Of a stretch of DNA of 64,000 nucleotides, positions 59,801 to 64,000 are shown one piece after another. Numbering within the stretch: position 1 is the first letter of the stretch; each line of letters opens with the position of its first letter. The DNA lies in assembly GCA_964187785.1 (NCBI GenBank), contig OZ076409.1, positions 67,830,001-67,894,000 on the forward strand, read 5' to 3'. This DNA comes from Amphiscolops sp. MND2022 (taxonomy: Eukaryota). The translations under genes and the position numbers were made by a program. Below the pieces are notes generated by a model. That model did not search any database. It saw only the letters and a list, made by a program, of their open reading frames with translations, and had not been told where the DNA came from.

Positions 59801-62429
59801 TAGTAAATTCTTGATGAAAAGTTTTATTTCCCCAATTATATGTCAGTGTGGGCATTAAGCCTTTATGATCCAACAAAACTTCAAACTCAGTGCCACATAC
59901 AAAGTTTTGAACGTTTTCAATGGCCCACACTACGGCCAATAGTTCTAGCTTGTTAATTAAGTACGTTTGCTTAAATTCCGTGAGAACCCGGGAGGCGTGT
60001 TGTGTTGTCTCCCAACCTTCTTGTTTTTGTTGTAGCATTGCCCCGAGTCCTTCTTTACAGGCATCGCGGACTACCCGCAAGAGTAAAATTCGTTAGAAAT
60101 GTTTCAATTCTGTATATTGTCTGATTGCATCTTTTATCGTTCCAAATGCTTCCTTGTGTTCTTTTTCCCCTTTCCACTCGTTATCATGCTTCAATATTGC
60201 TCGGAGGGGTGCACACATAGATTTGCCAGGTTTGATATATGTTTGTTCAGTTGGTTAATAGCGCCCATGAATAATCTAAGGTCTCTCAAATTCATTGGGC
60301 GTAATTTGTTCGTGATTGCCTGTATTTTTTCGTCTATGAGTTTTATCTCTTATGCTGACAAGGTATAACCCAGCAATACCGTTTCAGGTTTTGCTATAAC
60401 AACTTTCTCAACCCTTAGTCTGATTGCTGCTTCATCCGGCACCTAAGTGAATAACACCTCACATTTTTTCTCACTGTTGATTATTTCTGCGACTTTATCC
60501 ATCAGACTTTCCAGATCCGCCATCTGGTAGTTATTTTTCAAAATGGCATTGTTGAGCGACCTGGCATCTAGAGCGATCTTGAAACTTCTGTCTTTCTCGA
60601 CAGTGATCACCACTGGTTGGATGAACATCTCGTCGGTAATCTTCTCGACCGTTTTAATGTAGCCAGCTTCCAAAAGTTTCGTTCTTTCTGCGTCAACTGC
60701 ATGTTGAAGTTGAAGAAGGACTCATCTCCCATCTGTTGAGTGGTTTTGGCCCCTTCTTTGAATTCAAGTTTCAAAGATGTGGCCGACAATCCTGCCCTTT
60801 CTTTTCAACACGTTAGGAAACTTTTTCTGTTCGTGTTATTCGGGGGTTTATTTATTTCAGCTTTTCCCACAATGATATTTACAATGTTTTTGTACTCACT
60901 TTCATTTTATGCTTCTGTCAGACGATAGTTGAATTTCGTTAGCCAGTATCGGTGGATTGGTGACTTCTTCTCATCTCTTAATATCACAATTCCTGCACCT
61001 CGCATCGTTTGCTTGCCCACTTCCACTAAGTCCACTGTAATACACCCTAGCATACTGAGTGGTCGTCCATTGTAGTCCACGTGCTTTTCGTTTTTGGGTA
61101 GGGCCTCGCGAATAACAACTCGGTTTTCAAAAATCGGCACAAAACGTTAGTAAAAATTGTTATGGGTGATTCTGTATCGAATCGATCATTGTTAAAAATT
61201 GCTGCTTTTTTATTTTTCTCATCAGTACAAACGGTTTCACACTAACCCTCTTTATATGTAACATAATATTGTCACCGTCCCATTCTGAGCTTCCTCCTGA
61301 TAGGTCGGCCTGTTGTTCAACCTGATTGACTCTTCTCATAATGCCTCTGTTTGCATTTGTGCCAGCTCCAGACGAGTTGTCAACTCTCTGCCGCTTACGC
61401 ATACGAGCGAAATATCCAGTAACACCCTAATTTCTACATTTCTCGGTTCTGACCTTACATGGTGCATGGTCCTTTCGTGACAATACAAATCCACAACGGG
61501 ACATGTTTGTCTCCCTTCAACCGCCAAAACTGGTTCTGCTTTGATCTCGCTACCTCCCACGAAGATCTTCTGCTGGCTAATGTCTTCTTCAAATGCGATT
61601 GCAAACCGCAACGCTTCTGGTGGCTGCTCTTTAGGTTTTGAACAAACGCGTTCTTGTACCGATATTCTGGATAAACGTATCCATGATGAGACTTTCTGTT
61701 TTTTCGCCAAACAAATACTTCGCAGCCAGTCCTGTGAGGGTGTTCCAAAACTGTCTCAATGATTCATGATTCTGCTGTTTCCCGGCAAAAAATTTATAAT
61801 GCTCCAATGTTCTATTTCGTGGCTTGTAAAATGTTTGATCACAGTTGTCTTTTTTTTCTGCTAATATGGCCATGGATACTGTCATTTTTGGGAATTTGTT
61901 GGTCCAATTCTTTCTGCAGGCCACACCCAGTGATGAGATCAATATACTGACGACTTTATGCTCCACAACCTGTTCAATAAGATTGTTCAATAGTGGCGCC
62001 TGTCGCGAGTGGTTTTCTCTAGGAGTTGTAAGTAAGTCCGGTACTGAAATTGCAAGTTTGGCATTTACTGCCATTACGAAAGGTTCCCACCGCTTTTCCC
62101 ATTCTGCTTTAGGTGGCACTTCGGTGCACTCCCAATAAGCTGGCAGTCCGGCCATAGCTGACGAACTGCTTGTTGTCGGATTACCGCTGGATTCAAAAGA
62201 ATTGTCTCGCAGCGTCATGCTATAGCTATGCTGTGAACTGATAAATAGTTGTCAAAACGAATTGAGCTGATAACACTGTATTTGCGTAAGATAATTTGGT
62301 AAGTGGTCACTCTCTCTCATTTGATTGATACACGTTCTGTTTGTAAACAACATTATAATAAAATGTTCAACAACCTGTTCTTTTTAACAAAAGTCTAGAT
62401 TAGAAAGTTTTCGAGAGTGCTCTCTCACA
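56833..62429 (-). mobile_element. Old degenerate Ty3/gypsy LTR retrotransposon (gag-PR-RT-RNase H-IN order)
   Basis: Diverged LTRs 56833-57049 and 62218-62429; TSD cagcc/cagtc; PBS-like tgacgctgcgag. Gag AYWE...PPKAEWEKRW and KQQNHESLRQF; RT PVVITVEKDRSFKIALDARSLN; RNase H DACKEGLGAMLQQ...ELLAVVWAIE; integrase DHFSGWSEA...ARHGIPKTIRS. Multiple stops and frameshifts. Confidence 0.9.
57489..57854 (+). mobile_element. HINE-like element nested in the 3' region of the gypsy element
   Basis: ttttt-agtcggcg ... ggcgtcgacttgggccgttcctggcttgtt termini, as in 1868-2347 and 49206-49878. Confidence 0.7.
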
Positions 62430-63554
62430 CAGTCACTTTTAACGTGGTTTTCTGAACCACCAAATTTTTTGGTAATATTTACCTGTTTTTTGCAACTTAT
62501 ATCATGCTCGAAGCTGTGGGAAGCTGAACTTTCTACGGTTCATTACAAACTACCCTGCCTGCAGGTCTGCAACATGTGACAAGCTCAAGGACTCTCAACT
62601 ACGGTGTTGAAACTTTCCAAATTCATGAAAATGGTTTGTTGGATTCTAGGTTTTCAGCAAACACAAACAAGCAAATACAGGCAGTTGAAACCAGAACGCC
62701 TTTAATTTTTTCACTCTTCAAAGGCCAGAAACAGCTGAATATGTGAAACAGCTAAAAAGATATGTGAATTTTATATGTTTGGGGATTTTGCAGCGATGAA
62801 ATCAGCCAGATTTCGAATTTGCTTTGAGACAATTGAATCTAAAAAGTACTTCGAAGACTCCCTTAACTGCCCATTCATTCATCTACCTTCACCTGCTGTG
62901 GAACTAACACCCGCATCCATAGTGCTTCTTCTTCCAATTCCCTGTGTTTTACGCTTTTTTATATTCCTCTTACTTTTTATGAATTTTTTCCGCAGGAATT
63001 GAAAGCCATCAAAATTCCAAATAGTGAACTGGAAAACTTCTCTTTGCAATGGAATATACTGCCTCGAAAGTGAAGCCTCTCTAAGTTTGGTTTGAAATAA
63101 ATACAAAATTGGGAAATGACATTAAAATTTTATGCTATACGAGAGACTCGTGGCTGTTTCATTTTTACTGAGCCAACTCCAGTTTCGTATCTTACCCCTT
63201 AAGTCCGTCGGTTAATAGTTATTTCTACATCATTCTCTTCATTCTCTTCATTTTCTCATTTTGGTATGTGAGAAAAATTCAGAGGTCTTCAACTGGGTTT
63301 TGAAACTGAAACTTGATGAAATTTGAAAAAGAATGAGAAAATTGCTGAAATTCTGAAAGGTTTGTGAAAAATTTTTAAAATTTTTTTCAATTATATATAT
63401 CGCGACGTATTATATAACGGTAATTATATAACGCGACGTATTATCGAAGCGTTGAGTTTTCTAATTCGCTCGACTTTTACGCCTAATGAGGCAGTTTATT
63501 ACGTTTCGTTGAGGGTCAGGAAAACAAGAATTTTGCTGAGAACTCGATTCTGGA

Positions 63555-63690
63555 AGTTTTTGTAACATTCTGAGCAGAAAAATGCAAATCTTGCAAGATT
63601 TTTGCAAGAGTTAGATTCTAAAAATGCATTTTCGTACAAGATCTTACAAGAATTCTTGTAAGAATTTTGCAGGAATTGTGATTTTTGGAT
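63555..63690 (-). repeat. Fragment of the 840-2948 TIR element terminus
   Basis: Reverse complement of ~855-980 (tgctcagaatgttacaaaaa, agaatctaactcttgcaaaaa). Confidence 0.7.
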
Positions 63691-64000
63691 AATCCGGCAG
63701 TAGTTAACAATTTGTGAAATACTGTTTAGGCTCAAAGTTCTCGTATTTCTGAACATTGAAAAAAAGAAATAGGCCTTCCATTGAAATCAATGCGCAGGTG
63801 CCGAAAAATGCGCCGAGAAATTAAATCAATGCGCGGCGCAATCTCTTGTAGTATATCTACACAAATGGAAAATAAAAATTGCAAAGAGACCACTTTGTGA
63901 GAATCCGTTCAAAGTGGATTGTTAAGTTAGTTTTGTAACAATTTGGTTTTAAAAAAACTAGTTACTGCAATAGTCGGGCACGTTTTTTTTCACAAAAAGC

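Overview
AT-rich, repeat-dense eukaryotic (invertebrate-animal-like) genomic DNA with one 200-N scaffold gap (40969-41168). It holds a tandem cluster of divergent TRPM-like cation channel genes on the + strand. One is the last two exons of an upstream paralog (589-704, 14225-14460). The other is a complete 11-exon gene rebuilt by hand from GT-AG junctions (36712-52660, about 1061 aa, no NUDT9-H or kinase tail). Between them sit two young, structurally intact but non-autonomous LTR elements. The first (18083-26399) has ~1.95-kb near-identical LTRs, a CAACT TSD, a tRNA-Asn-like PBS and a PPT. It encodes one intact polyprotein, Gag(CCHC)-aspartic protease-TARG1/OARD1-like macrodomain, with the catalytic residues conserved and no RT, RNase H or integrase. 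This is the most interesting object: a retroelement that appears to have kept an ADP-ribose eraser while losing its replication enzymes. The second (27730-36296, minus strand, 772-bp LTRs, tRNA-Arg-like PBS) has no gag/pol but carries a coiled-coil protein with three RRGRPP AT-hook-like motifs. The rest is decayed Ty3/gypsy elements (a CsRn1-like one at ~9.9-13.9 kb, another at 56.8-62.4 kb), several DINE-1/HINE-like Helentron-type repeats (one family with a tRNA-like core), CCC...GGG TIR elements and tandem repeats. All calls are by-eye reading; no searches were run.
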